A stretch of DNA of 58,807 nucleotides from an uncultured Clostridia bacterium (GTDB lineage Bacteria; Bacillota; Clostridia; TANB77; CAG-508). The stretch spans positions 1 to 58,807 of the forward strand of contig CANQXY010000006.1 in the NCBI GenBank assembly GCA_947627935.1. The letters are read 5' to 3'. The translations under genes were made by a program, and so were the position numbers. Shown here one piece after another: positions 1 to 9,763 of the stretch. The number at the start of each line of letters is the position of its first letter. The stretch's first letter is position 1. Under the pieces are notes generated by a model. The model ran no database searches and was not told the DNA's origin. It worked only from the letters and a program-made list of their open reading frames with translations.

Positions 1-35
1 AAATAGTTATATACTAATTTAGTATATAACTATTT
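1..35. terminator. Perfect inverted repeat, probable intrinsic terminator of the GH25 gene
   Basis: aaatagttatatacta-att-tagtatataactattt, 16-bp arms, about 60 nt downstream of the stop of 94..1701. Confidence 0.65.
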
Positions 36-93
36 CTATATCATATTTTATTATTTTTCAAGCATTTTCTATCGACATCTTTTGACACTTATT

Positions 94-1701
94 TTAATAA
101 TCTTTATAACAATAATTCATATCTACTCTTCCTATAATTCCTTGTACAGTTCCAGAACTAGTATATTGCCACATATCATATTTGCCAGAATAGTCTGTTT
201 GATTTCCTCCAACTGTATAATGAGCAAGCCATATATTATATTTAGATAATTTAGAAGCATCTAATTTATTCGTAAGCCAATTTTTATTTGCATACACTCC
301 AACTTTACTATAACCTGATTTTTTTAGTTGCTCACAGAAAGTTATAGAAACATTAGTTAATTTTTCTATATCTAATCCTGATATTTGATCATCTTCCATA
401 TCAATATAAATAGGATATTTTATTGTTTTTCCTTTTAATTGCTCAATTGTCCATTTTGCTCCACTTATTACTGCTTCTTCATTTTCGCAATAAGAATATA
501 CATAAATTCCTACTGGTATTCCTAATCTTTTACATGTTTCATAATTTTCATTAAAGAAAGTATCTATAGTATGATTTTCCTTATTTCCTATCCAACCTAA
601 ACGTAATATAGCAAAATCAATTCCTGCTTGTTTTACTTCTACCCAATTTATTTTATTTTGATAAGATGACACATCTATTCCTAAATAAACTAATCCAGAT
701 ATTTTTATTTTTGTGTTTGTAGTATTATTATATTTATCCTTAACTAAAACACTATATGTACCATTTTTATTAAATGTTTTTGTATATACTTTCTTGTCAG
801 AACTTAATTTCCACCCATCACTTACAAGACTATTAGATAATTGTTCGTTTGCTGTTAATGTTACTTCAGCATTTCTTCTATCACTACTTTTTTTATATGA
901 AATACTTACCTTTGGACCTGTTTCATCTATTTGTTTCACATTAATTTTTACTTTTGTTCTATTATTATATCTATCATAAAAATACATATTTGTTGTTTGG
1001 TTCTTTTTAAAAACTTTTGTGTATGTTTTTTTATCTTTACTTAAAGTCCAAGATGAGTTAGTGTGTTTTAACTGCTCATTAGATTTTGCTTTAACTAAAA
1101 CTGTATTATTTTTAGAGTTATATTCATATGTAACTTTTATAACTGGTCCTTTTTTATCTACTTGCTTTATGTTTAATTTAACATTTTTTTTATTTCCATA
1201 TTCATCATAAAAAGTAGTAGAATATGTTTGATTTTTATTAAATGTTTTTGTATATGATTTTTTATCTTTACTTAATTTCCATGTTGGTTTTGTATTTTTA
1301 AATTTTTTGTTAGATTTTACTGTAACTTTAACAGTATTTTTATTTTTATCAAATTTATAACTTACAGTTATCTTTGGACCTTTTATTTGCTTTACTTTAA
1401 TTGTTAATGTTTTACTTTTTCCATTTTGTGCAGTAAATTTTGTTTTATATGTTTGATTAGTATAAAACTTTTTGGAATAAGTTTTTTTGTCTTTACTTAA
1501 AGTCCAAGTTGGTTTCGTATTTTTAAATTTTTTATTAGATTTTACTTTTACTGTTACTACATCTTTTTTCGAATCATAGCTATATGAAACTTTTAAATTT
1601 AATTTAGTTGTAGCTTCTACTTTATTATTTAATATAAATTGAATACCACATATTATTGCTAAAGTTATTAAAATTAATTTTAATATTTTATTAATTTTCA
1701 T
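94..1701 (-). CDS. Secreted GH25 muramidase with four N-terminal ~77-aa beta-rich repeats
   Basis: Signal peptide; C-terminal GIDVSSYQ, YIDMED, WLAHY, MWQYTSSG, VDMN GH25 motifs; repeated W(T/K)LS(K/S)DKK units. Confidence 0.9.
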   Translation of the reverse strand: MKINKILKLILITLAIICGIQFILNNKVEATTKLNLKVSYSYDSKKDVVTVKVKSNKKFKNTKPTWTLSKDKKTYSKKFYTNQTYKTKFTAQNGKSKTLTIKVKQIKGPKITVSYKFDKNKNTVKVTVKSNKKFKNTKPTWKLSKDKKSYTKTFNKNQTYSTTFYDEYGNKKNVKLNIKQVDKKGPVIKVTYEYNSKNNTVLVKAKSNEQLKHTNSSWTLSKDKKTYTKVFKKNQTTNMYFYDRYNNRTKVKINVKQIDETGPKVSISYKKSSDRRNAEVTLTANEQLSNSLVSDGWKLSSDKKVYTKTFNKNGTYSVLVKDKYNNTTNTKIKISGLVYLGIDVSSYQNKINWVEVKQAGIDFAILRLGWIGNKENHTIDTFFNENYETCKRLGIPVGIYVYSYCENEEAVISGAKWTIEQLKGKTIKYPIYIDMEDDQISGLDIEKLTNVSITFCEQLKKSGYSKVGVYANKNWLTNKLDASKLSKYNIWLAHYTVGGNQTDYSGKYDMWQYTSSGTVQGIIGRVDMNYCYKDY

Positions 1702-1714
1702 ATTTTAACTCCTT

Positions 1715-2656
1715 TTATTTTAAATCTTTTTCTGTTTCTTTAACTATATATATAGGTCTATTTTTAACTTCTAAATATGTCTTTGATAAATATTGTCCGA
1801 TTATTCCAAGTGAGAATAATTGAATTCCACTTACAAAAAATATAATACATACCATTGATGGCCATCCACTTGTTGGATCTCCATATACTAGTGTCCTAAT
1901 TATTATAATTAAAATTATTATAAATGCTATTAAACAAAATAGAAGTCCAAGCACAGATGACATTATAAGTGGAGTTGTAGAAAATGCTGTAATTCCTTCT
2001 AATGCATATTTAAATAATTTCCAAAATGACCATTTTGTTTCTCCGGCTACTCTTTCTATATTTTCATATTCAATCCATTTTGTTTTAAATCCTACAAAAC
2101 TCCATAATCCTTTTGAATATCTATTATATTCTTTTAAAGATTTTATTGCTTCAATCATTTGTCTTGTCATTAGTCTATAATCTCTTGCTCCATCTACCAT
2201 TTCTACATCAGACATTTTATTTATAATTTTATAAAACATTCTTGCAAAAAAGCTTCTAATTGGTGGTTCACCTTTTCTTGTAACACGTCTTGTACCTACA
2301 CAATCATATCCTTCATTTTTTATTGTGTCATACATTTTTTTCAAAAGTTTAGGTGGATCTTGAAGATCTGCATCCATTAATGTTACATAATCACCAGTAC
2401 TTGCTTCTATTCCAGCAAACATAGCCGCTTCTTTTCCAAAATTTCTAGAAAATGATATATATCTTACTTTTTCATCGTCTTGTTGTAATTTTTTTATTTC
2501 TTCTAATGTTTTATCTTTTGAACCATCATCTACAAAAATATATTCAAAATTTATATCATTAAAATCTTCTTTTCTAACTTTTTCAATTTCTTCATAAAAT
2601 AATGGTAAAGATTTTTCTTCATTATAACAAGATACTATAACTGATATTTTATCCAT
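1715..2656 (-). CDS. GtrB-like GT2 polyprenol-phosphate glycosyltransferase
   Basis: FVDDGSKD, SRNFGKEAA, MDADLQDPP and two C-terminal TM helices. Confidence 0.9.
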   Translation of the reverse strand: MDKISVIVSCYNEEKSLPLFYEEIEKVRKEDFNDINFEYIFVDDGSKDKTLEEIKKLQQDDEKVRYISFSRNFGKEAAMFAGIEASTGDYVTLMDADLQDPPKLLKKMYDTIKNEGYDCVGTRRVTRKGEPPIRSFFARMFYKIINKMSDVEMVDGARDYRLMTRQMIEAIKSLKEYNRYSKGLWSFVGFKTKWIEYENIERVAGETKWSFWKLFKYALEGITAFSTTPLIMSSVLGLLFCLIAFIIILIIIIRTLVYGDPTSGWPSMVCIIFFVSGIQLFSLGIIGQYLSKTYLEVKNRPIYIVKETEKDLK

Positions 2657-2681
2657 TTAAGATTCATTCCTTCCTTTTTTA

Positions 2682-4583
2682 CTACTTAACAATTTTATAA
2701 TTTTTTATTTCATACTGTGCTGTATCATCTCTTAAATTTATATTATAATAAGGATCTCCTTTAGATATTACTTCTTTCCATTTAGTTTTAAAATAATTAC
2801 TTTCTCTTTCAAATCTTTCTTTCTTTTCTGGTGTATCTTCATATCCTCTTGTTTTTGATTCATAATGCCAAAATTCTATAAAAGGATTATATATTATAAG
2901 TTTACCAAGTTCTCTTATCTTTAGACAAAAATCTACATCATTAAATGCAACAGCCAAGTTTTCTTCATCCATAAATCCTACTTTCTCATATATATCTCTT
3001 CTACTGAATAAACATGCACCTGTCACAGCACTTACATTTTGAATTAAACTTTCTTTTGCAAAATATCCATGATTTCCTTTAGGAAGTCCTGTTAACATAT
3101 TTGCAGCTAAGCCACAAATTCCTACAACAATTCCTGCATGTTGAATTGAACCATCTTTATAATATAATCTTGCTCCAACTGCTCCAACATCTTCTCTTTG
3201 TGCAAAACCTAAAAATTTTTCTATCCAATTTGGTGTTATTAACTCTGTATCATTGTTTAATTGAACTACATATTCACCATCACAATTTTTTACACCATAA
3301 TTTATTATTCCAGCATAATTATATCCCTTTTTAGGATAATATACAACCCTTATTTTTTCATTATCTTCTAGAGATTTATAAAATTCAAAAGTTTCTTTTT
3401 CTTCAGAATTATTTTCAACAATAATTATTTCATAATTTGTATATGTTGTAAGTTTTTGTATAGATTCAATACATGTTTTTAAAATATCTGATGCATCTTT
3501 ATTTGGTATTATTATACAAACTTTAGGATTTCCTTTTACCTCATAACAAGTTTGATATACTCCTGGTGTCTCACCAAATTCTACTGTTCCTTTTAACCCA
3601 ATTCTATTTATATGATCTTGCACTGCTTGTCTTCCTGCTTCATATGCATATGGTTTAGCATCTGGCATTTCTGCTGTTGAATTTGGATGTATTCTCCAAT
3701 GATATAATATCTTAGGAATGTGAACAATATTTGTTGTTATTTCAGACATTCTAAGTATTAAATCATAATCTTGTGCACCATCATATTTACTTCTTTCTCC
3801 TTCAAGTTTATCCATAATTTCTTTTTTAAATATACTAAAATGTGTTATATAATTGTTTGCTCTTAAAGTATCTGGTGAAAAATTTGGTTTAAAATATGGA
3901 TCTACTCTATTTTCTTTAACCTTCATAATTTTATCTTCGTCAGTATATATAAATTCTACATCTGGATTTTCATTTATTGCTTTTACAATTTCGTATAAAG
4001 AAAATATAGGAAGTAAATCATCATGATCAAGTAATGCTATATAATCGCCTGTTGCTAAACTTAAACATTCATTAGTGTTTCCAGAAATATTTTTATTTTC
4101 TCCTATAAATTTATATTTAATCCTATCATCTTTTTTGATAATATTAATAATTTCTGGATTTTCATTTTCACTTCCATCAGCTAAGCAAAGTTCCCAATTT
4201 GTGTATGTTTGATTAATTAAACATTCTACTAGTTCATCAAAGAATTTAACAGGTGTATTAAATAAAGGAACTAATATACTTATTTTAGGATTTATTTTAA
4301 ATTTAGTATTTTTTTGTTCTTCTAATTCTTCCAAAGAAGGTTCATTAAATTCTATCCATTTTTGATAAGCAGTTTTTTTATCTAATTCAGATCTTCCTAG
4401 TAAAATATTTTTAGTATCAATAAATGCCTGTTTTATTCCCTTTTGTTTTACTATATTTAAAAATTTCTTTATATTTGTAATATTAAAATTTTTTACTATT
4501 TTATTTAAAAATCTTAATATTGTTCTTATTTTTCCTCCTTCTGGAAAAAGCTTGTCTCTCAATCTTGTTTTTTTTATAGACAT
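2682..4583 (-). CDS. Double-domain GT2 glycosyltransferase (probable polymerase)
   Basis: Two GT2 domains: LLDHDD/YTDED/GAQDYD and QLNNDTE/AVTGACL/AFNDVDFCL. Confidence 0.9.
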   Translation of the reverse strand: MSIKKTRLRDKLFPEGGKIRTILRFLNKIVKNFNITNIKKFLNIVKQKGIKQAFIDTKNILLGRSELDKKTAYQKWIEFNEPSLEELEEQKNTKFKINPKISILVPLFNTPVKFFDELVECLINQTYTNWELCLADGSENENPEIINIIKKDDRIKYKFIGENKNISGNTNECLSLATGDYIALLDHDDLLPIFSLYEIVKAINENPDVEFIYTDEDKIMKVKENRVDPYFKPNFSPDTLRANNYITHFSIFKKEIMDKLEGERSKYDGAQDYDLILRMSEITTNIVHIPKILYHWRIHPNSTAEMPDAKPYAYEAGRQAVQDHINRIGLKGTVEFGETPGVYQTCYEVKGNPKVCIIIPNKDASDILKTCIESIQKLTTYTNYEIIIVENNSEEKETFEFYKSLEDNEKIRVVYYPKKGYNYAGIINYGVKNCDGEYVVQLNNDTELITPNWIEKFLGFAQREDVGAVGARLYYKDGSIQHAGIVVGICGLAANMLTGLPKGNHGYFAKESLIQNVSAVTGACLFSRRDIYEKVGFMDEENLAVAFNDVDFCLKIRELGKLIIYNPFIEFWHYESKTRGYEDTPEKKERFERESNYFKTKWKEVISKGDPYYNINLRDDTAQYEIKNYKIVK

Positions 4584-6439
4584 TATTTATCCTCTTTTCT
4601 TTTAAAGTAAGACACTATTTTTCTTAATTTTAATGTTAATTTCCATCCTTTTGAATTTTCTATTTCTTTTATTTTTTCTTCTTGTGATTTTATTAAGTTT
4701 TTCATTTCATTAATTTCATCTTCTGTTAATGTATTTTCTTTTCTTAATTTTTGTATTTCGCCATTTAAAAATGTATTTTTTGTTTTTAAATCACTATTTT
4801 CTACAATAAATCCTCTAACATTTTTCATTGGTTTATGATTTGCCATACGTATAGGATTACAATAAATTTTATTGTCTATTTTTTCTTGTAATTTGTTAAA
4901 TAGCTCTTTATATTTTAATATTCCAAGTTTCTCATATAATTTATCTTCATCAATTATTTTTTTAAGTTCACCAAATATTAATATTCCTCTATATATTATA
5001 AATTCAATTGGAACTTTATTATCAAACCATTCTTGATCATAAATATATAATTCATCATTAATCATAAAACAATTTTGAAAATTTAAATCCCACAAACCAT
5101 TTTTAACAAAATGTAAATCTTTTATTTGTTCTTTTTTATATGCTATATTATAAGTATCAAATACATTATTTACATTATTAGTTATTTCTAATTTATCTAA
5201 TGTTTTTTCTTTAAACTTGTTAATTAATTCAAAAACTTTATCTATTCCGCCTTTTTTACATTCTTCTAAAATTAATTCATCATATGGTTTAGCACTTGAT
5301 ATAGCAATATTGCTTATTATTTTTTCTTCATCATATTCATCTAATGTATTTATATTGCAATTTTTTAAAATATCTATATTATTTTTTATTTTTTGAATAT
5401 GTGATTTTGCTAAATCGTTTGATGGATATTTATATACTTTATCACCTTTTATTATTGTTTTTAATCTATATTCAGGCTTTCTATTATTCCAAAAAGATAC
5501 ATATTTAATTTGATTTTCATTAAGATTTTTACTTATTTCTATAAAATATGAATTAGCAAAAAAATCAAATAGTTTTTCATTTTCTTTTACAACTTGTAAA
5601 TATGCATTATTTTCATGAAAGTTTATTATATCAGTATCTTTAAAAAATGTCATATTTCTATGTAAGTTATTTTCATTTGGCATAAAATCTTCTGTAAATA
5701 TAACATTTGTATATTTATAATCTGGAAGTGGATAGTAGTATTTTCGTTTTCCTAAATTTGTTTTTTCAAACATTTCTTCTAATTTATTTTTTGAAAGTAA
5801 CTGACATTTATTTTGTTCTATTCCAGAAATTATAGCATCATATTCTAAATTTTTATCATCAGAATCTATTATAGACCAATTTCTCATACCAAATTTATTG
5901 TTTGTTGCAATTAATATTTTTCCATCTTCTTTAAGTAATGTTTTTATATATTCTAGTAAATCTAAATATGAATTTTCAGTTTTGTATATCAAAGGTGCAT
6001 ATTCTAAAACTCCAATTAGAGTTATATAATCAAATTTCTCATTAAATTTAATATCTTGTAAATTTCCTATTATAACTTCTAAATTTTCTTTATCACTATG
6101 TCTTCTTTCAATTGCTCTACCTCTTTGTTTTGAAAATTCCACAGCTACAACTTTATCTGCATTTTTACAAAGTTCTCCTGTTATTTCTCCAAAACTTGCT
6201 CCTATCTCTAAAATAGTACTATTTTTTTCAAAAGGATACCAACTTATTATATTTTTTCTCATTTCTGATAATGCATATAAAGCTTCAATATTATTATCTC
6301 TTTCAAAAATAGTTTCATATTCTTTCTCATTATAATTACATATATAATTATTAATTATATATTCTTCTCTACTTAGTTCGTTATATTTTATATCGCTTTT
6401 ATAAAAATCTAAATTCAATTTCATAAAATCAATCTCCAT
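4583..6439 (-). CDS. Class I SAM methyltransferase + kinase-like domain + coiled coil (WbdD-like chain terminator)
   Basis: ILEIGASFG SAM motif, FDYITLIGVLEY; WDLNFQN...IYDQEW kinase-like motifs; C-terminal heptad coil. Confidence 0.75.
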   Translation of the reverse strand: MEIDFMKLNLDFYKSDIKYNELSREEYIINNYICNYNEKEYETIFERDNNIEALYALSEMRKNIISWYPFEKNSTILEIGASFGEITGELCKNADKVVAVEFSKQRGRAIERRHSDKENLEVIIGNLQDIKFNEKFDYITLIGVLEYAPLIYKTENSYLDLLEYIKTLLKEDGKILIATNNKFGMRNWSIIDSDDKNLEYDAIISGIEQNKCQLLSKNKLEEMFEKTNLGKRKYYYPLPDYKYTNVIFTEDFMPNENNLHRNMTFFKDTDIINFHENNAYLQVVKENEKLFDFFANSYFIEISKNLNENQIKYVSFWNNRKPEYRLKTIIKGDKVYKYPSNDLAKSHIQKIKNNIDILKNCNINTLDEYDEEKIISNIAISSAKPYDELILEECKKGGIDKVFELINKFKEKTLDKLEITNNVNNVFDTYNIAYKKEQIKDLHFVKNGLWDLNFQNCFMINDELYIYDQEWFDNKVPIEFIIYRGILIFGELKKIIDEDKLYEKLGILKYKELFNKLQEKIDNKIYCNPIRMANHKPMKNVRGFIVENSDLKTKNTFLNGEIQKLRKENTLTEDEINEMKNLIKSQEEKIKEIENSKGWKLTLKLRKIVSYFKRKEDK

Positions 6440-7649
6440 TTTTAAATTTACTTGATATTTTTCTTAAAATTTCCGTGCTTTTCCAACTTCTAGAATTATA
6501 TAATTTATTTAATTCCTCTTTTAATCTAAAATTTTCTTCTTCTAATCTATTTTTTTCATTAATTATATTTTTTATTTTTTCATCATCTTTATATACTAGT
6601 GGTGATAATTTCTTAGCATTTTTATCATTAAATTGTACTGATTTATCTATTGGTTTTGTAACAAGATATTCATTTTTTATTAGCCAATCTTGTAATAGTT
6701 TTAAACAATTTTCTTCATCATCAAAATTTTTAAAATCAGCATTCATTTTTAATAATCTATCTTTATAATCTTTAGAAAATTCTGGTTTGTGTAACACTGC
6801 ATGATAAAGCAATGTATAAAAATAATTTTCATCTGATATTGTATAAAAGCCTTTTTTATTATAAACTTTAGTCTTTAATAAATTTTCTTCTAATAGTTTG
6901 TAATAATAATCATCTCCAACATATCTTAGATCAAAATATGCAAATTTATCATTAATTTCTGTTTTACAATGTACTCTATATTCTTCATTAAATACTTTTT
7001 TTGCATTTAATATATATGCTATGTTTTCATAAGAAATACATATTAAATCTATATCATTATGATCATTTACATATATTTCTTCTGGCAAATTTTCATAGTT
7101 TCTAAGTATTGCATAATCTGCAGTATTATTTAAAACATAAAATAATTCTTCTACACTATTCCATTTATTTGATCCAATTAAATCTTGATTTATATTTTTT
7201 TCTATTCCATTAAAACTTGGATTTTCTTTTAGAAAATCTTCTACAGATTTTCCAAGCAATAATGTTAAATCATGATTTGTTTCGGTTTCAGAATTAGTTG
7301 CATGTACTTTATGACCTCCACCTGTTAATTCTCTATAATATGTTTTTTTATCAAACATATTTATATTTACAACTTGCACACCTTTACTTGTATCTCTTTT
7401 TTCATATTTAGGATTATTACATCTAACAACTATAAGTAGAAAAGTTCCAGTACCACAATGTTCTTCTTTTCCTGAGCCTTTAGGTAAATTTGTTCCATAA
7501 AACCTTGATAAATTTTCAGAAAATTTTTCTTTACTCCATGTTATGTTATACATTGCAAGTATATCAAAACTTTTTTTAATATCTTCTAATATTTCTTGTT
7601 TCTTAAAAAGAGCATTTTCCCACAATATAAATAAATGAATTTCTTGCAT
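6429..7649 (-). CDS. Hypothetical glycopolymer-locus protein (NDK-like N-terminus, nucleotidyltransferase-like domain, coiled coil)
   Basis: KVHATNS motif; YAILRNYENLP...DIDL; C-terminal coil; AGGAG RBS. Confidence 0.6.
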   Translation of the reverse strand: MQEIHLFILWENALFKKQEILEDIKKSFDILAMYNITWSKEKFSENLSRFYGTNLPKGSGKEEHCGTGTFLLIVVRCNNPKYEKRDTSKGVQVVNINMFDKKTYYRELTGGGHKVHATNSETETNHDLTLLLGKSVEDFLKENPSFNGIEKNINQDLIGSNKWNSVEELFYVLNNTADYAILRNYENLPEEIYVNDHNDIDLICISYENIAYILNAKKVFNEEYRVHCKTEINDKFAYFDLRYVGDDYYYKLLEENLLKTKVYNKKGFYTISDENYFYTLLYHAVLHKPEFSKDYKDRLLKMNADFKNFDDEENCLKLLQDWLIKNEYLVTKPIDKSVQFNDKNAKKLSPLVYKDDEKIKNIINEKNRLEEENFRLKEELNKLYNSRSWKSTEILRKISSKFKNGD

Positions 7650-7658
7650 ATTTATCTC

Positions 7659-8940
7659 CTATTTTATTTTTTTGAAATCTATTTGTGTATCTATATCAAA
7701 ACATCCAACAATTGGTGTAGAAGACATCATTTCAAATATTAAAGCGTCATAATTTCTATTTATAACTACTATCTCTCCGTTTGGATCATATCTACTACAA
7801 CTTAATGAAATTGTATATTTACCTGGTGCTAATTTTAATTTTTGTTTAAATTCACAAATATATTCTTCTCCACTTTTACAAAGTCCTGTATATATATTTC
7901 TAAAACTTGTATTAGTTCCACACATTTCTTTTCCATTAAAGTTTTTTATTGTCATTGAAAAAGTTGGGCATTCTATATCTTTATAAAATTTTGCTTTTAC
8001 TTTAATAGACACTTCTTCTTGACTATCTATTAATGATACTGGTTCATTTTTATCATTAAAAATTCCAAAGTCAGTTATTTCTGCTTCTTTATTTCCATAT
8101 GTTAACATTTCTGGGTTTACTGTAAAATACTTTTTCCATTCTTCATTGTCTTCAGTATTTTTATTTTTTGCAAACTCATTATTTTTATCGTCTAACATTC
8201 CTGTTATTAATCTTTTATAATTATCTACTCCTGTTTTTACTCCACCATCAAATATTTTTTTACCAGAATCTAATATTATTGCTCTATTACAATTGTTTAA
8301 TATATCATTTATGCTATGACTTACAAATATTATAGTTTTATTTTTTTCTTTGAATTGTTCAAATTTTTTAAAACATTTTAATTGAAATGCCATATCTCCA
8401 ACAGATAAAACTTCATCTACTATTAAAATATCTGGATCTACATTTATTGCACATGCAAATGCAAGTCTTGCAAACATACCTGATGAATATGTTTTTACTG
8501 GTTGATATAGATGTTCTCCTATATCTGCAAAATCTATTATTTCTTGTTTCTTATTCTCTATTTGTTGTTTTGTTAATCCCATTACTTGTCCGATGTTGAT
8601 ATATATTTTGTATTCCTGTAAGATCTGGATTAAATGCAGCACCAAGTTCTAAAAGTGAACTTATTTTTCCATTTACTTCTACTTTTCCACTTGTAGGTGT
8701 AACAACTCCAGTTATTATTTTTAGTAATGTAGATTTTCCTGCTCCATTTTTTCCAAGTATTCCTAAAACTTCTCCTTTTTTTATTTCAACATCAAAATTA
8801 TCTAATGCCTTAAATACTTCATGTTTTGAGTATCCTGGAATTATTGTTTCTAGTAATCTATCTTTTTTACGAGCAAACATCTTATATTCTTTATTTAAAT
8901 TTTCTATTTTTATAACTGTATCATTTTTGTTTTCGCTCAT
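7659..8940 (-). CDS. wzt: Wzt ABC exporter ATPase with C-terminal carbohydrate-binding domain; +1 shift at CAT-CGG-A (skip base 8592), 426 aa joined
   Basis: Walker A GKNGAGKST in ORF 8551..8952; signature YSSGM and ILIVDE in ORF 7659..8645; the join restores QNIYQH-GQVMGL; ATG at 8940 follows GGAGG. Confidence 0.88.
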
Positions 8941-8957
8941 TATAACCTCCAAATTAT

Positions 8958-9749
8958 CTATAGTACATCAGCAAAATCTTTTTTATTTTTCTTAAATATA
9001 TAATTTCCCCATATAAACATAAATATTGTAATTACCCAAAAAATAATTGTAAACATACCATTTTGTTCTGTTAATATATTTCCTCCAATAAATGCATCTC
9101 TAAAACCTGTTACTAAATAAGTAAATGGCATACATTTAAATATTTTTAGTAAAGTTTGATGTCCTTCTAACATTGATAAATTCCATACAATAGGTGTAAA
9201 CCAGAAACATAGTTGCATTATAACATTTAGTAATTGTGAAAAATCTGGTACTAAAGTTGATAGTGCTGATGTAAATCTTGTTATTGATATAATAAACGCA
9301 TATGCACAAAATATTATATATATAATCATTAAAAAATTTGGAATATATTTAAATATCATACAAACTATTATAGCAATTGCAAATAAAAACATTGATATAA
9401 ATGTTGTTGCAACAATTGAAATTACAGGTATAATATCTACAGGAAATACTACTTTTTTTACTAGATAACTATAATTTCTAATTGAACTACTTGCACTTAT
9501 TATTGAATCATTTATACACATCCACATAGACATTCCTGGTAAAAACCATACTAGATATGGTACATCTCCTGTTTTTCCTGTTTTTAATATATATTGAAAT
9601 ACAATAACATACGTAAACATGAATATAAATGGTTGAATATATCCCCATATTGCTCCTAAGCTTGTACTTGCAAATCTATTTCTAAAATCATTTTTTCCTA
9701 ATTGGAAAATTAATTTTTTGTTTTTTAATACTGATTTAATAAATTCCAT
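8958..9749 (-). CDS. wzm: Wzm ABC-2 permease
   Basis: LGAIWGYIQP, YLVKKVVFP, FWFTPIVW, C-terminal FADVL; adjacent to wzt. Confidence 0.9.
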   Translation of the reverse strand: MEFIKSVLKNKKLIFQLGKNDFRNRFASTSLGAIWGYIQPFIFMFTYVIVFQYILKTGKTGDVPYLVWFLPGMSMWMCINDSIISASSSIRNYSYLVKKVVFPVDIIPVISIVATTFISMFLFAIAIIVCMIFKYIPNFLMIIYIIFCAYAFIISITRFTSALSTLVPDFSQLLNVIMQLCFWFTPIVWNLSMLEGHQTLLKIFKCMPFTYLVTGFRDAFIGGNILTEQNGMFTIIFWVITIFMFIWGNYIFKKNKKDFADVL

Positions 9750-9763
9750 ATTTTTACCTTTCT

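Noticed and set aside
4110-7510. AGG or CGA as additional shift codons
   Set aside because: Both occur in frame inside intact genes (GAT-AGG-ATT near 4122, TCA-AGG-TTT near 7503, AAA-CGA-AAA near 5744)
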